Shown here piece by piece: positions 23,682 through 34,843 of a stretch of DNA of 36,059 nt. The stretch's first letter is position 1, and each line of letters starts with the position of its first letter. The notes under the pieces are model-generated. The model had not been told where the DNA came from, searched no databases, and worked only from the letters and a program-made list of their open reading frames with translations. The translations under genes and the position numbers were made by a program. Source of the DNA: Heptranchias perlo (lineage: Eukaryota); NCBI RefSeq assembly GCF_035084215.1, contig NW_027138739.1:1-36059 (forward strand), in the 5' to 3' direction.

Positions 23682-24630
23682 ATCCTGGTCAAAGAGAAAG
23701 GTTTTAATGAGCGTTTTAAAAAGGAGAGAGGGAGTGAGGCGGAGAGGTTTAGCGAGACAATTCCAGAAATTAAGGCCTGGGCTGCTGAATGCACGGCCAC
23801 CAATTGTGGGGCGATGGAAAGCGGGAATGTGCAAGAGGCCAGAATTCGAGGATCGCAAAGATTTCGAAGGGTTGTAGGGCTGGAGACGGTTAAAGAGATA
23901 GAGAGAGGCAAGGCTATGGAGTGATTTGTGAACAAGGTTCAGAATTGTAGGGCTGGAGAACGTTAGAGATAGGGAGGGGCGAGGCTATGGAGTGATTTGT
24001 GAACAAGGTTCAGAATTGTAGGGCTGGAGAACGTTAGAGATAGGGAGGGGCGAGGCTATGGAGTGATTTGTGAACAAGGTTCAGAATTGTAGGGCTGGAG
24101 AACGTGACAGAGATCGGGAGGGGCGAGGCTATGGAGTGATTTGTGAACAAGGTTCAGAATTGTAGGGCTGGAGAACGTTACAGAGATAGGGAGGGGCGAG
24201 GCCATGGAGGGATTTGACCACAAGGATGAGCATTTTAAGTTCGAGGTGTTGCTGGACTGGGGGACGATATAGGTCAGTGAGCACAGGGGTGATGGGTGAA
24301 CGGGAGTTGGAGAGAGTTTGGATACGATCAGCAGAGTTCTGTATGAGCTTAGGTTTACGGAGAGTGGAAGGTGGGAGGCCGGCCAGGAGAGCATTGGAAC
24401 AGTCGAGTCCAGAGGTAACAAAAACATGGATGAAGGTTTCAGCAGCAGATGGGCCGAGGCAGGGGCGGAGATTGGCGACGTGATGGAGGTGGAAGTAGGC
24501 GGTCTGGTGATGGAGTGGATACGGGGTCGGAAGCTCAGCTCAGTGTGAAATGGGACGTGGAGGTTTAGAGCGGTCTGGTTCAGTCCCTGATCGTGGCCAG
24601 AGAGGGTGATAGAGTCGGTGGGAAGGTAAT
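23682..24630 (-). mobile_element. L2-like LINE 3' fragment with internal tandem repeat
   Basis: Minus-strand LVHKSLHSLAPPDLCHVLQPY, RSSNSGLLHIP..TIGGRAFS and FKTLIKTFLFDQ motifs. A homologous + strand copy lies at 35700-36059. Confidence 0.8.
23872..24225. repeat. 71-73-bp tandem repeat, ~5 copies
   Basis: TTGTAGGGCTGGAGA anchors occur at 23872, 23945, 24016, 24087 and 24160. Confidence 0.92.
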
Positions 24631-24706
24631 GGAGAGAAAGGTGGGCTATTTTCTTGAGAACCAGAAAGTGAAGCGGCAGTAAAATTGTAACTGTATTTGA
24701 TAAGCC

Positions 24707-25007
24707 AAATGGAGAAAAAACTATTTGCCGTTGTCGATAACTAGCGGGTATCAATTTAAATGGAAAGAAACTATTTGCCGTGGGCGGTAACTGGGGGGTA
24801 TAAGTTTAAATGGAGGGAAACTATTTGCCATGGTCGATAACTAGTGGGTATAATTTTAAATGGAGAGAAACTATTTACCGTGGGCTATAACTAGTGGCTA
24901 TAAGTGTAAATGGAGGGAAACTATTTGCCGTGGTTGAGAACTCGTGGTTATAAGTTTAAATGGAGGGAAACTGTTTACCGTGGGCTATAACTCGTGGGTA
25001 TAAGTTT
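24707..25007. repeat. 50-bp tandem repeat, 6 copies
   Basis: AAATGG anchors occur at 24707, 24758, 24808, 24858, 24908 and 24958. Confidence 0.92.
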
Positions 25008-26050
25008 CAGATCATCAGCAAAAGATGAATGGAGATATTTGGAGATTTATTTTTATTATGGAGATGGTTGTCAGGACACGGAACCTCCAACCATAAACAA
25101 TGCTGTTTGCAGAATCATGGTATCATAGTAGGTACAGCACAGGGGAGGACATTCGGCCGATTGTGCCTCTGCTGGGTCTTTGAAAGAGCTATCCAATTAG
25201 ACCCATTCCTCTGCTCATCCCCGTAGCCCTGGAAATTAGGTTAAAAGGAAGAAGGCAAATATTGAGAAAGAATGTACCGGGAAAGAAGAGGAGAATCGGA
25301 CTGCGCACATCCAGCCCTGATTATCGCTCCCTTAAGGTGAATAGATATAATATCACGGGCCGGGAATCTACAATTTCCCCATGTACTCTCCTGCTGTGAG
25401 CCATGGGCGGGCCCAGCGGAGTTTCCACTGGGAAGCGGATAGCTCTTCCACAGAGCCCGTAGTGGCGCGATGGGCCGAATGAATCCTTCAGTAATGTAAA
25501 ATATTTTAACTCTATCACTCCTTCGCCTAACATTACCAAAACCATTGCTGTCTCTGACCTCTGATTTACAAACTCGCTGCTGCAATCGTCTAGAAATCCA
25601 AACAACTCCTTCCTTAAGAAACGCCGGTTGCAAAATATTTCCCGGTAAAGTGACGGCATGAAACTGCTCCATCCCCAGGAAAATTAAAGCATGTTACTGG
25701 TAACAATAATCGATGTACATTTAAAATCTGACTGCAACTACACACCACTGGACAGTATAGATATTTTTCTTAAAATAAATTGATCATTATTCACTCCGAA
25801 ATTAACAAGTGATAAGAACATTATTTGAATGTTCGTTCATGACCGGAACTCATTTATCCCAACACGCCCACTGTAATATCAGCACATTCAAACCCAGCTT
25901 CAATGCATCCATGTGTGTTTAATTTGAAGGTGTCCGTGGCTGCGAGCAACGTGATACTGACCAGATAATCTGTTTTTAGGTGTTGGTTGAGGAATAAGTA
26001 TTGGCCAGGACTCGATATAAACGGTTTAATTGTCATTGTAATTTTCTCAG

Positions 26051-26368
26051 TGCAACTTACTCCACCGATCATCAGTCTCCTCTACTCTGCAAGTGACGAA
26101 CTGACAGCAAAGGGTTTTGTGCAACTGGTTTGCCTCATCAGCGAATATCAGCCAGAAAGCATTGCAGTGAGCTGGCAGAAGAACGGAAACGCTGTACAAT
26201 CGGGCTTTACAACCACATCCCCAGTTAAAAATTCGAATGGTGATTTTAGCTCCACGAGTCTCTTTAAAGTCACCCTGCAGGAATGGAACAGCGGGTCTCT
26301 TTACAGCTGCCAAGTGTCCCATTCTGCAACCAACAGTAACCAGCGGAAAGACATTAGAAAAACATCAG
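26051..26368 (+). CDS. IgNAR: IgNAR constant domain C1 exon
   Basis: Acceptor TTTTCTCAG|. Translation VQLTPPIISLLYS...VQLVCLISEYQPESIAVSWQK...EWNSGSLYSCQVSHSATNSNQRKDIRKTS has the C1-set Cys-Trp-Cys pattern. Donor G|GTGAGA; 318 nt; phase 1-1. Confidence 0.95.
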
Positions 26369-27167
26369 GTGAGAAAATGCAACCAATTCACAAGCTTGCA
26401 CAGGTGAAACATGTTGACTTTCTTTCTCAGTATTGGATTAGTTGGGATGTTATTGTGATAATTTATCTGTGCCAGTTTATGGTGCAGTGAGACAGTAAAG
26501 ATAGTTGGGGATGTTTCAGCAGCAATGGCTGAGGTTCCTGAAGGTGCTCGCTGCCAGGCGGATGTTGCAAAAGGCATGACTATGAGATCTTGACAAATAC
26601 ATGAATATTATTCTATGGTCAGGGTAACACATTGATCAAACACTTTTATGTTATTGCAAGCAATTTACAAATAATTGTGATACATCCTATTTAATTAATT
26701 CACCAGATCAATCCACGTGAAACAGGAAGGAAACAGAGCAGAAATGTATGTTTTACACACTAGGGATCAAACTTTAACAATGCGGTTCTGTTACTTTTTA
26801 TATTTGTGAGGATTTATTGTGTGTGATACTGGATATCAGTACAAAAATGTGTTCTAAAAAATGAAACGGGTGAGAGACGGACGGAGATAGAAACGAGAAA
26901 AGCAGAAAGAAAGAGGGAGAGATAGACAGAGAGGAGGTGCTGTATAAAGATTGAACCTACAGATACGGTCACAAAACCCGCAACAATAAGCTGTTCTTCC
27001 TTTTAAAAATTTTGTTTAAAAGACACGGGTAAGGGCCGGGGAATACGACTAAGTGGATAGCACATTCAGAGAGCCAGCAGACACGATGAACCGAATGGTC
27101 TTCTGAGCTGTAGAATTCATTCAATCTTTCTCTCTTTCTTTGTCTCCCTCTCTCTCTCTCTCTGTCA

Positions 27168-27342
27168 TGATGTGGAGATGCCGGTGATGGACACGGCTGG
27201 ACAAATGTAAGGACTTGCACAACACCAGGTTATAGTCCACCAGTTTTATTTTAAATCACAAGCTTTCGGAGCTTACCTCCTTCGTCAGGTGACGAAAATA
27301 AAACTGTTGGACTTTCACCTGGTGTTGTGCAAGTCCTTACAT
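27168..27342. mobile_element. Penelope-like retroelement pseudo-LTR remnant in inverted arrangement
   Basis: ATGTAAGGACTTGCACAACACCAGGT...AGTTTTATTT (27205-27251) is inverted at 27296-27342. The spacer carries a hammerhead-like core. Confidence 0.65.
27256..27292 (-). ncRNA. Minimal type I hammerhead ribozyme motif (Penelope-associated)
   Basis: The minus strand reads UCAC-CUGACGA-A-GGAG(GUAAG)CUCC-GAAA-GC-UU-GUGA. It has core boxes CUGANGA and GAAA, stem II GGAG/CUCC, stem I UCAC/GUGA and a palindromic loopless stem III. Confidence 0.6.
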
Positions 27343-27690
27343 CTCTCTCTGTCTGTCTCTCTCTGTGCCTCTCTATCTCTGTCCCTCACTCTCTCTCTGT
27401 CTGTTTCTCTCTCTCGCTCTGCTGTCTCTCAATATCTGTCTCTCTCAATTTGTCTCTCTCTGTGTCCCTTTCTCTCTCTCTGTGTCCCCCTTTCTCCGTC
27501 TCTCTCTGTCTTGCTCTCTCACCCTGTTTCTCTCTAACTGTTCGCCTGTCTCTTCCTTTTTCTTTCTCTCTGTCCTTCTCTCTCTGATTATCTCTATCAG
27601 TCTATTTCCCTGCCTCTCTCCCTATCTGTCTGTCACGCTCTGTCTCTCCATGTCCCTCTCTCTCTGTCTCTTGTTTCTTTCTCTCTCTCT
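27343..27690. repeat. Imperfect (CT)n/(CTGT)n microsatellite
   Basis: A pyrimidine-rich low-complexity tract between C1 and C2. It explains the spurious Leu/Ser ORFs at 27289-27811. Confidence 0.95.
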
Positions 27691-27893
27691 TAGTTTCGTT
27701 GAGTTGTACATAGTTTTGATTCGACTCAACATACGCGCAAACACCAAAATTATTTTTAAAAATTCAATAATAATCAGTAAGAGACCTTGCCGTGTTATGG
27801 ATTATCAATGAAATTAAAATCCTTGTTAAATTTCCGAAATCATCAACACTAAATCATCGCCCCGATTCTGAATCTCTCGTTTCTCACTGACAG

Positions 27894-28196
27894 AGCTCGC
27901 GGTATTTCTCAGAGACCCTTCCGTTGTCGAAGTTTGGCTCAATAAAACTGCCACCCTGGTGTGTGAAGTGGTCTCTACGGTTCCCACTGAGGTTACCATC
28001 TCTTGGACAGTGGGTGGAAAGATAAAGAATGAAGGAGTTCAAATTGAACCGGCTAAAAAGGATGGAAACCAATACCTGACCATCAGCCACTTGACCAGCA
28101 GCGTGGAAGAGTGGGATAGCGGGGTTGAATACTCGTGTTCGGCACAACAGGATCAATCATCTCCTCCGGTATTAAAACGAATCGGAAAGACAAGAG
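27894..28196 (+). CDS. IgNAR: IgNAR constant domain C2 exon
   Basis: Acceptor CTGACAG|. Translation ELAVFLRDPSVVEVWLNKTATLVCEVV...ISWTV...EEWDSGVEYSCSAQQ...GKTR. Donor G|GTGAGT; 303 nt. Confidence 0.95.
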
Positions 28197-28272
28197 GTGA
28201 GTTAAATAACTTTTGACATGATTTCGGATGGCAATGGATGGAAGACTAACACTTGTTGAACTTCCGTTACAG

Positions 28273-28590
28273 TCGAGCCAATGAAGCCAAAGCTCCGCCT
28301 CCTTCCTCCATCACCAGAGGAGAGTCAAAGTAGGAGCGCCCCGACTCTCACATGTCTGATAACAGGATTCTACCCTGACAACATAATCGTTTCCTGGGAG
28401 AAGGACGGAGCGGCTATAAGCGCGAACTTTACCAGTTTCCCCAGTGCTCTTGAACAGGACCTAACCTTCAGCACAAGGAGCAACCTCATTTTGCCTTCAG
28501 AGGAATGGAAGAAAGGATCAAGATACACCTGTATCGCCTCACATCCCCCTTCACAATCCGGCGTGAAGGCGACCATCCGCAATCTGGAAG
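28273..28590 (+). CDS. IgNAR: IgNAR constant domain C3 exon
   Basis: Follows a 76-nt intron with acceptor TTACAG|. Translation VEPMKPKLRLLPPS...TLTCLITGFYPDNIIVSWEK...EEWKKGSRYTCIASHP...RNLE. Donor G|GTACGG; 318 nt. Confidence 0.95.
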
Positions 28591-31500
28591 GTACGGACAG
28601 TTTTTCAAAATACTTTCACACAATAATGATTTTTACTTAAATCTAAGTCCAAACCCGAACCACACACGCACTAGCGATCACATCCCTCTAGGTTACAGAT
28701 ATAACAACATTTATGGCTATCAATTAATGCGCCTTTAATTCACAGGCAGCAATTGGATGATAAAATGATCAGCACTCTGAATGTGTTCGCCGCCACAAGC
28801 TATGTGAGGACCCAATAGTAAGAAGGGGCAGGATAAGGATCTATTTAACCTCACTGCACGGTACCCTGGTGATTGTGGGCTTTCATTAAACAACAATATG
28901 CAGTATCTGAAGACACTAAATCCACTTTTCACCGGGCAGAGTGTTCCATACTATGTGGGTAGAAGACTTTGAGTGGTGTTTACTTCACTCTGCACTGCCT
29001 GGTTTAGGTTTAGCTGGACACTGAGTGGTTGCCAGCAGCGAAATTCAAGACAAAAAAAACAGCCATTTCACAGGGCACCCAACCAATTGATGTGAGGAAC
29101 ATTGTACATTTCAAGTGTTCAAATCTTCTGAACCGCCAGCGCTATACGTTAGAGGAGGAGACAAATAATGTGTTAACTGACTGAACCCAATGATGTGACC
29201 TTTTGTTTTGATGAGTGTAAACTCCGCTCGTGTGATTAGTTTGTTTCATCTCTAATTGTTTTTGTTCAATCAAATTGACTCATTTGCTCAATAACTGGCC
29301 CAGCACCACCGTGCTCGGGATGGGGAAACTTTTAAACTTCTCTAAATCTTTGTTTGGATCCCCGATTACTGCTGAGTTCGTTGATCTCACCTGGTGGCGT
29401 TCGGGACCTTCTAATCAGACTTAGTGTCCATAGATTTGTGAAGTGGCAATAGCGCATTGTTCTGCTCCTGGTCTATGGTAAGTGCGTGTATGGTCACTCT
29501 GGGAACAACAAGATAGGAGTTGCCTGCGATGCCCTCACTGTACAATGGCCTACTGATACTGCATAGGAGGACTCAGGAAGTATAGACCATTGGATGAGGT
29601 ACCGGAGGGCAACCTATAGTTCTCATACACCAGTGAGGAAAAGAGGGGATATAATAGCAAACACTGTTATTAGACTCAAACTCGGGCTCCTCCGATTGGT
29701 AAGCAGCTGTACACTATAATGGCCCTGTACACTAAGAAGTTCCTGTGTTTTACCTCCCGATCTTCACTGAGTTAACTGATCTCAACTGGTAGATTTTTGG
29801 AAGTTACAGTGGACTACGCACATCCGGGTTACTGTGCATACACCCGTTCTTGTTTCTTCCTCCAATTGGGGGAGACCTAGTTGAAGTCGGGGTGTTCACA
29901 CCTCTGCTGACGGCAGGATTGGACTGGGCTCTGTTGCTTCCACCGTAGAGTAGGCTGTTGAATCACACTCTTTCTGCTGATTCACGAAGAATGACCACTT
30001 GAGAGATACTCAAGGTGACCTTCCTCTGTGAAGCCTGTACCGGATTAGCAATAAAACACCGACATTTATTTCCCACCTTTAAGCGCCTCATACCGTTTCA
30101 CAGAGTTTTAAGGAAAACAATCACCAATAAGGGGAGATTATGAGGTGTGACCAAAATCTTGTTGGGTTTGGAGGAAGGTCTGAAAGTGGGAGCAGGAGGA
30201 GAAAAGGCGGAGAGGATTAGGGAGGAATGTTCAGCACGGGACCTGGGACCTAATCAAGGTATCACCACCTTCCGTATGTATGAAAATAGTCTTGTCCGTT
30301 TTGTTATTTCTAGTCCTATTCCCGGATCATTAGATTTCCACAGAATGTTCAGCGGCCTGAAGTTCACCCAACACCTACACGGTTTATTTCAGCAACTCAG
30401 GTGAATGAGAGTCAGAGTAAAAGAACATCGTTACAACTACAATCACCACACTTGTTGCTGCTATAAGAACTTCTGTACGTTTTCACTCAATCTTTGGCTC
30501 CCTCAGATATCAAGGTTAATCCCTGAATTATGCCTTTTGATTGTCGCTCAATTCTGACCACTCCAAAAACAGTCTTTGACAAATGCGAAAATGTCAGTTG
30601 ACTTTTCCGTGATTTATTACATGAAGCAGCAGCGGATCGACGCTACAATGTTGTGGAGAAGTACAAATAATTATCCTCCTGGAAAGCCGGCACCATTAAC
30701 CTATGGTACCAAGGCCATTTTCCAGCGGTTGCCCAATTTATTATCAGGTCGTTGATAATTCGTGCTCTGCACAGACCCAGAAAGTTGATATTTAATGATG
30801 TGTCTTCTGAAAATCGAAGTGCATTTAGGTGTCTACTCAAATAGCCCAGTGGCGGCATAAAACCTAACGTGGACTTCCCAGAACAATAGTTTGTACCAAT
30901 TTCACTCCACTGTCACTGGGATTTGTTCGACGATCATTAATAATATCCTGTAAAACGTACATCAGGCTTTTCCTCCAGATCTACTGCTCCATAAACTGTT
31001 ACATGATTCTCCCTGTTTGGGTTTGGTTCCAATTTTCCAATGTGGCATCGTACTGCCCTCAGGTGCAAGCCATGCATTAACAGACTTTTAAACTACCTGG
31101 AGGAGTCTGGGATGCTTCATTACTTCGTTCGTTGGGAATCCAGGAATATATCCCAATTAGTACAGTTAAAATTCAAACTGAACTTAGCATGCTGTAAATC
31201 AGAAATTAGAATAGTAATTGCGAGAAAAACAGAGCAGGCCCGTCAGAATCTGTAAAGATAGATAGTGTTGTAAGATCCTGACTGAGAACTGAAACCCACT
31301 CTCTGGAACTGTCTGACCTCCTCAGCCCCACGCTATCCTTTCTGTGTAGAGATGCCGCAGAGCTACTGATTTTTGCAGCATTTTCTGTTGTTATTAACGA
31401 TATTATCCCGTCGGGTCTGCTCATCCAATGTGAATCAAAGGCTTTGACTTCCTTTGCAGCACACACTTTATTCTCCCCTTAGTATATTACAGATCCCAGG

Positions 31501-32039
31501 TCAATCTTCCCCGAAACTAAAGTCGCCCATTGTCTTCATTTTAGAAGACTGAGGTAAAGATCTCATTGCTGCAATCACAGCATTTCCTTCAGGTGAAATT
31601 TCTGCTGCTCGTTCCTTCCAAATACCCCTGTGTTGTAACTCAGTTTCCTGCTTGAACTTGTGGAGATGATTCATCTTGATATAACCAATCATCTGTTTTC
31701 TTCTTTCCCTCCTATCATTTGGTTTCACTGCTAAATGATGGTCATTTTTGGAAATGAAGATATCGCACAAACCCCTTCAGATAAGAGTGACCTTGGAACA
31801 CACACTGTGAAATAAACCGCACTCATTTTATGGAAGGATGATAATCTAATGTGTTTAAATCAGAGATCACTGTAGACAAGTATATGGTCATATCTGAGAA
31901 GCTGGAAGGAGAGAGAATGGAAGTGATTACAATCAGTCTGGAAACAGGTTTTATAACACTCCCCTCTGGAGCATTGGCATCATTGAGAGAAACGGAGCAA
32001 TTTTAGTGCAAGATTACAAAACAAAGTTTTAATATTGGA

Positions 32040-32110
32040 CACCCCCACAGTGGACCAAAGTGACGTGCCCATTGCCAATGGGCCCGTCACTTTGGTCCAC
32101 TGTGGGGGTG
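32040..32110. mobile_element. 71-bp near-perfect palindrome flanked by a 5-bp direct repeat (TTGGA); micro-MITE-like
   Basis: 35-bp arms with one mismatch surround a 1-nt centre, with termini CAC...GTG. TTGGA lies at 32035-32039 and 32111-32115. Confidence 0.7.
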
Positions 32111-33012
32111 TTGGATAGTTCAGAGTTGACATCCCAGTTGAATATAATGAAGGCGGCGTCTATAATTTTCAGAGTAATACATTAAGCTTTAAGCGAGAAC
32201 GCGGTGGGAGGATTCTTTGAGATTGCATCTCATGCATAAAGTAACGATCTCGACGGTCAGAGTGACTCTTTCACTTTAAAACTGGAGGAGTGTTTTCCCA
32301 CTTTCTGGTAGTATTTCCGTTCCTGCTCTCAAGGTGTAGATATCGAGCAAGTGTGGACAAGGTATATCATCGTCAAATCATGGACTTCCTCACTTTACAC
32401 TCTTCAAACAATGCGTCTTAAAGCTCAACCTTCCAAAAGCGCTCTTTCCTCGGCCTGAGTGGCAGTTTGTATTTCTCGACACTGTCTACCTTCTCTCAGT
32501 GAAAGAGCAAAATCGGTGCCAAATGGTGCAGAACATCTGCAGGTTGGTGCTGAGGGCACGTTTGCTTTCGCCGCTGATTTGATTGGTCGGACCGAGGCAA
32601 TCTCATTTCAGACCCAAGCTTTAGGACTGGAAAATATAGGACCTTTACATGAGGTTTATTGGAACCCACCACATACAGGCCACAGGGCAGCGTTTGACAT
32701 CCAGCATCAGTCAGTCTGATTGGTGAAGCTTTGTATCACCAGAGCGGGCAAAATGAGGTCCCCATTTAAAACCAGTCAGTTCTCGAATAGTGGAATGGTC
32801 GGATATATTGTGGAGGACATCATCCAAATAAGCCAGAGGGAAGAAAGCAACGAGCCCAGATGGGCTCTGTCCTAATAGCTCAGCAGAAATAAGCTGAGAA
32901 AACTCATAACAGCCGACAGTAAGTATAATTTAATTTTTTGAGTATGTTGCAGTCGTTATTACCCGTGGTTTCAACATGACACTTTGAAATGACCATTCCC
33001 TCTTCTTTCCAG

Positions 33013-33333
33013 GTGTATGTCATGAGACAGACATTTCTGTCATCATACTGAACCCTTCTTTTGAAGAGATTTGGACCAAACGAACAGCGACCATTCTTTG
33101 TGAAGTCGTTTATAGCGATTTAGAAAACGTCAGCGTGTCCTGGCAAGTGGATGGGAGTCGGAGAACGGAAGGAGTGGAGACTCAGGCTCCTGAGTGGAAT
33201 GGAAGTAAATCCACAATCGTTAGTAAATTGAAAGTCACCACGACAGAATGGGGCAGTGGGGTTGAATATTTGTGCTTCGTGGAAGACATTGAATTGCCAA
33301 CACCAGTGAAAATCTCCACCAGAAAAGTAAAGG
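33013..33333 (+). CDS. IgNAR: IgNAR constant domain C4 exon (with N-terminal linker Cys, GVCHET)
   Basis: Acceptor TCTTCTTTCCAG|. Translation GVCHETDISVIILNPSFEEIWTKRTATILCEVVYSDLENVSVSWQV...EWGSGVEYLCFVED...RKVK. The extra Cys is at the C3-C4 junction where IgNAR forms its interchain bond. Donor G|GTAAGC; 321 nt. Confidence 0.95.
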
Positions 33334-33409
33334 GTAAGCACAGATAATATTCGTTCTGAGACTGACCCTACTCCATCAATGGTCGTCAAAGATCATTCAT
33401 TTTCTACAT

Positions 33410-34112
33410 TAAGGATAGTGATAGACTTCAAGATGATATCGACAGGCTGGTAGAATGGACGGACACATGGCAGATGAAATTCAACGCAGAAAAGTGTGAA
33501 TTGATACCTTTAGGAAGGAAGAACGAGAAGAGGCAATATAAACTAAAGGGTACATTTCTGAAAGGGGAGCAGGAACAGAAAGACCTGGGGGTATATGTGC
33601 CTAAACCGTTGAAGGTGGCAGGGCAGGTTGAGAAAGCGATTAAGAAAGCTTAGGGGAACCTGGGCTTTATAAATAGAGGCAGAGAGTGCAAAAGCAAGGT
33701 GGTTATGATGAATCTTCATAAAACAGTGGTTCGATTACAACTGGAGTATTGTGACCAGTTCTGGGCACCGCGCTTTAGGGAGGATGTGTATGCCTTGGGG
33801 AGAGTGCAGAAGAGATTTAATGGAATGGTTCCAGGGATGAAGGACTTCGGTACGTGGTTAGAATGGAGAAGATGGGGCTGTTTTCCTTAGAACAGAGAAG
33901 TTTACAAGAACATTTGATCGAGGTATTCAAAATCATGAAGGGTCGAAACTGTGTCGATGGAGAGAGACTGCTCCCATTGGATGAAGGGTCAAGAACCAGA
34001 GGACATAATTTTGCAGGGATACGGGAATCGGGCAGGGGAGTGGGGCGAGCTGGATTGCTCTTGCAGAGAAACGGCACGTACTCGACGGGCCGTAACAATT
34101 CTATGATATCAT
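33410..34112 (+). mobile_element. CR1-like LINE 3' fragment in the C4-C5 intron
   Basis: LQDDIDRL, WQMKFNAEKC, LEYCDQFWAP and GLFSLEQR motifs, with a TTCTATGAT tail. Confidence 0.88.
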
Positions 34113-34460
34113 GAAATGCTCTTATAATCAGTGAAACATAGTCCGGGATCCTGCCATTCACCCCACGGGTAAAGAATAGCGAGAAAAATGTAAGCGGTTT
34201 GAAACTGTTGCGTCACAACAGTATCATCGTTATCCAAATATGAGATTGTCCCCAACTCTTAGCAAAATAACATCAGGTCACAATGAAAACTCCCAAAAGA
34301 AAGAACATTAAAGAAATCCATGGCCCCGCAGAGAAATGTGTAAACTCTCTCAGATAACAATTCCAATTGTCCAAAGACGCAAATTACCAGCAGACGGGAA
34401 TGCGAAGTGAAGGACGGACAAGAGACAGACTCAGTTTAACAAATATTGTTCTCTTTCCAG

Positions 34461-34843
34461 TTGACGGAATGTATCCTCCTAAAGTCTACGTCCTGCCTCC
34501 ATCAGCGGTCGAGATTGACACTGAGAAGACGGCAACTCTGGTGTGTTTAGCAACCGGCTTTTACCCTGCCGAGATTTACGTCGCGTGGATGGCCAATGAC
34601 ACCCTTTTGGATTCAGGTTACACCACCCAACCGGACACGGAGAAGAAAAGTGGTTCCAGCTCCATTGTCAGCAGACTGAGAGTCACCGCAGCGGAGTGGA
34701 ACGGCGGGACCACTTACTCCTGTTTAGTGGGACACCCGTCTCTCACAATGAATTTACACAGAAGTATAAATAAATCTTACGGTAAACCTACTTTAGTTAA
34801 TGTTTCACTAGTTCTAACCGACAGTTTTCAATCGTGTACATAA
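34461..34843 (+). CDS. IgNAR: IgNAR constant domain C5 plus secretory tailpiece (GKPTLVNVSLVLTDSFQSCT*)
   Basis: Acceptor CTCTTTCCAG|. Translation VDGMYPPKVYVLPPS...LVCLATGFYP...VAWMAN...YSCLVGHPSL. The tail has an NVS sequon and a penultimate Cys, and TAA ends at 34843. Confidence 0.95.
34781..34787 (+). other. Internal splice donor for the membrane (TM) isoform, G|GTAAAC
   Basis: GGTAAA encodes G-K at the C5/tailpiece boundary, the canonical Ig heavy-chain position for splicing to TM exons. No TM exon is recognisable downstream within the window. Confidence 0.75.

Noticed and set aside
24056-24754. 232-aa minus-strand ORF as a host gene
   Set aside because: It is a mostly off-frame reading of an L2-like LINE fragment and its tandem repeat.
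25241-25672. Overlapping 143-aa and 112-aa minus-strand ORFs
   Set aside because: No recognisable domain is present, and they overlap degenerate LINE/SINE tail sequence.
27289-27811. Hydrophobic Leu/Ser-rich ORFs as TM exons
   Set aside because: They are translations of a CT microsatellite and lack the conserved antigen-receptor TM motif.
34769-34774. AATAAA inside C5 as a poly(A) signal
   Set aside because: It lies within coding sequence (I-N-K). The site at 35129 has a GT-rich downstream element and a better position.
16120-34843. Processed pseudogene or NAR-TCR/IgW/IgM identity
   Set aside because: Introns and promoter are present. A VNAR lacking CDR2, spliced to five C domains plus a secretory tail, fits IgNAR, and there is no supporting TCR-delta V or TCR C exon.
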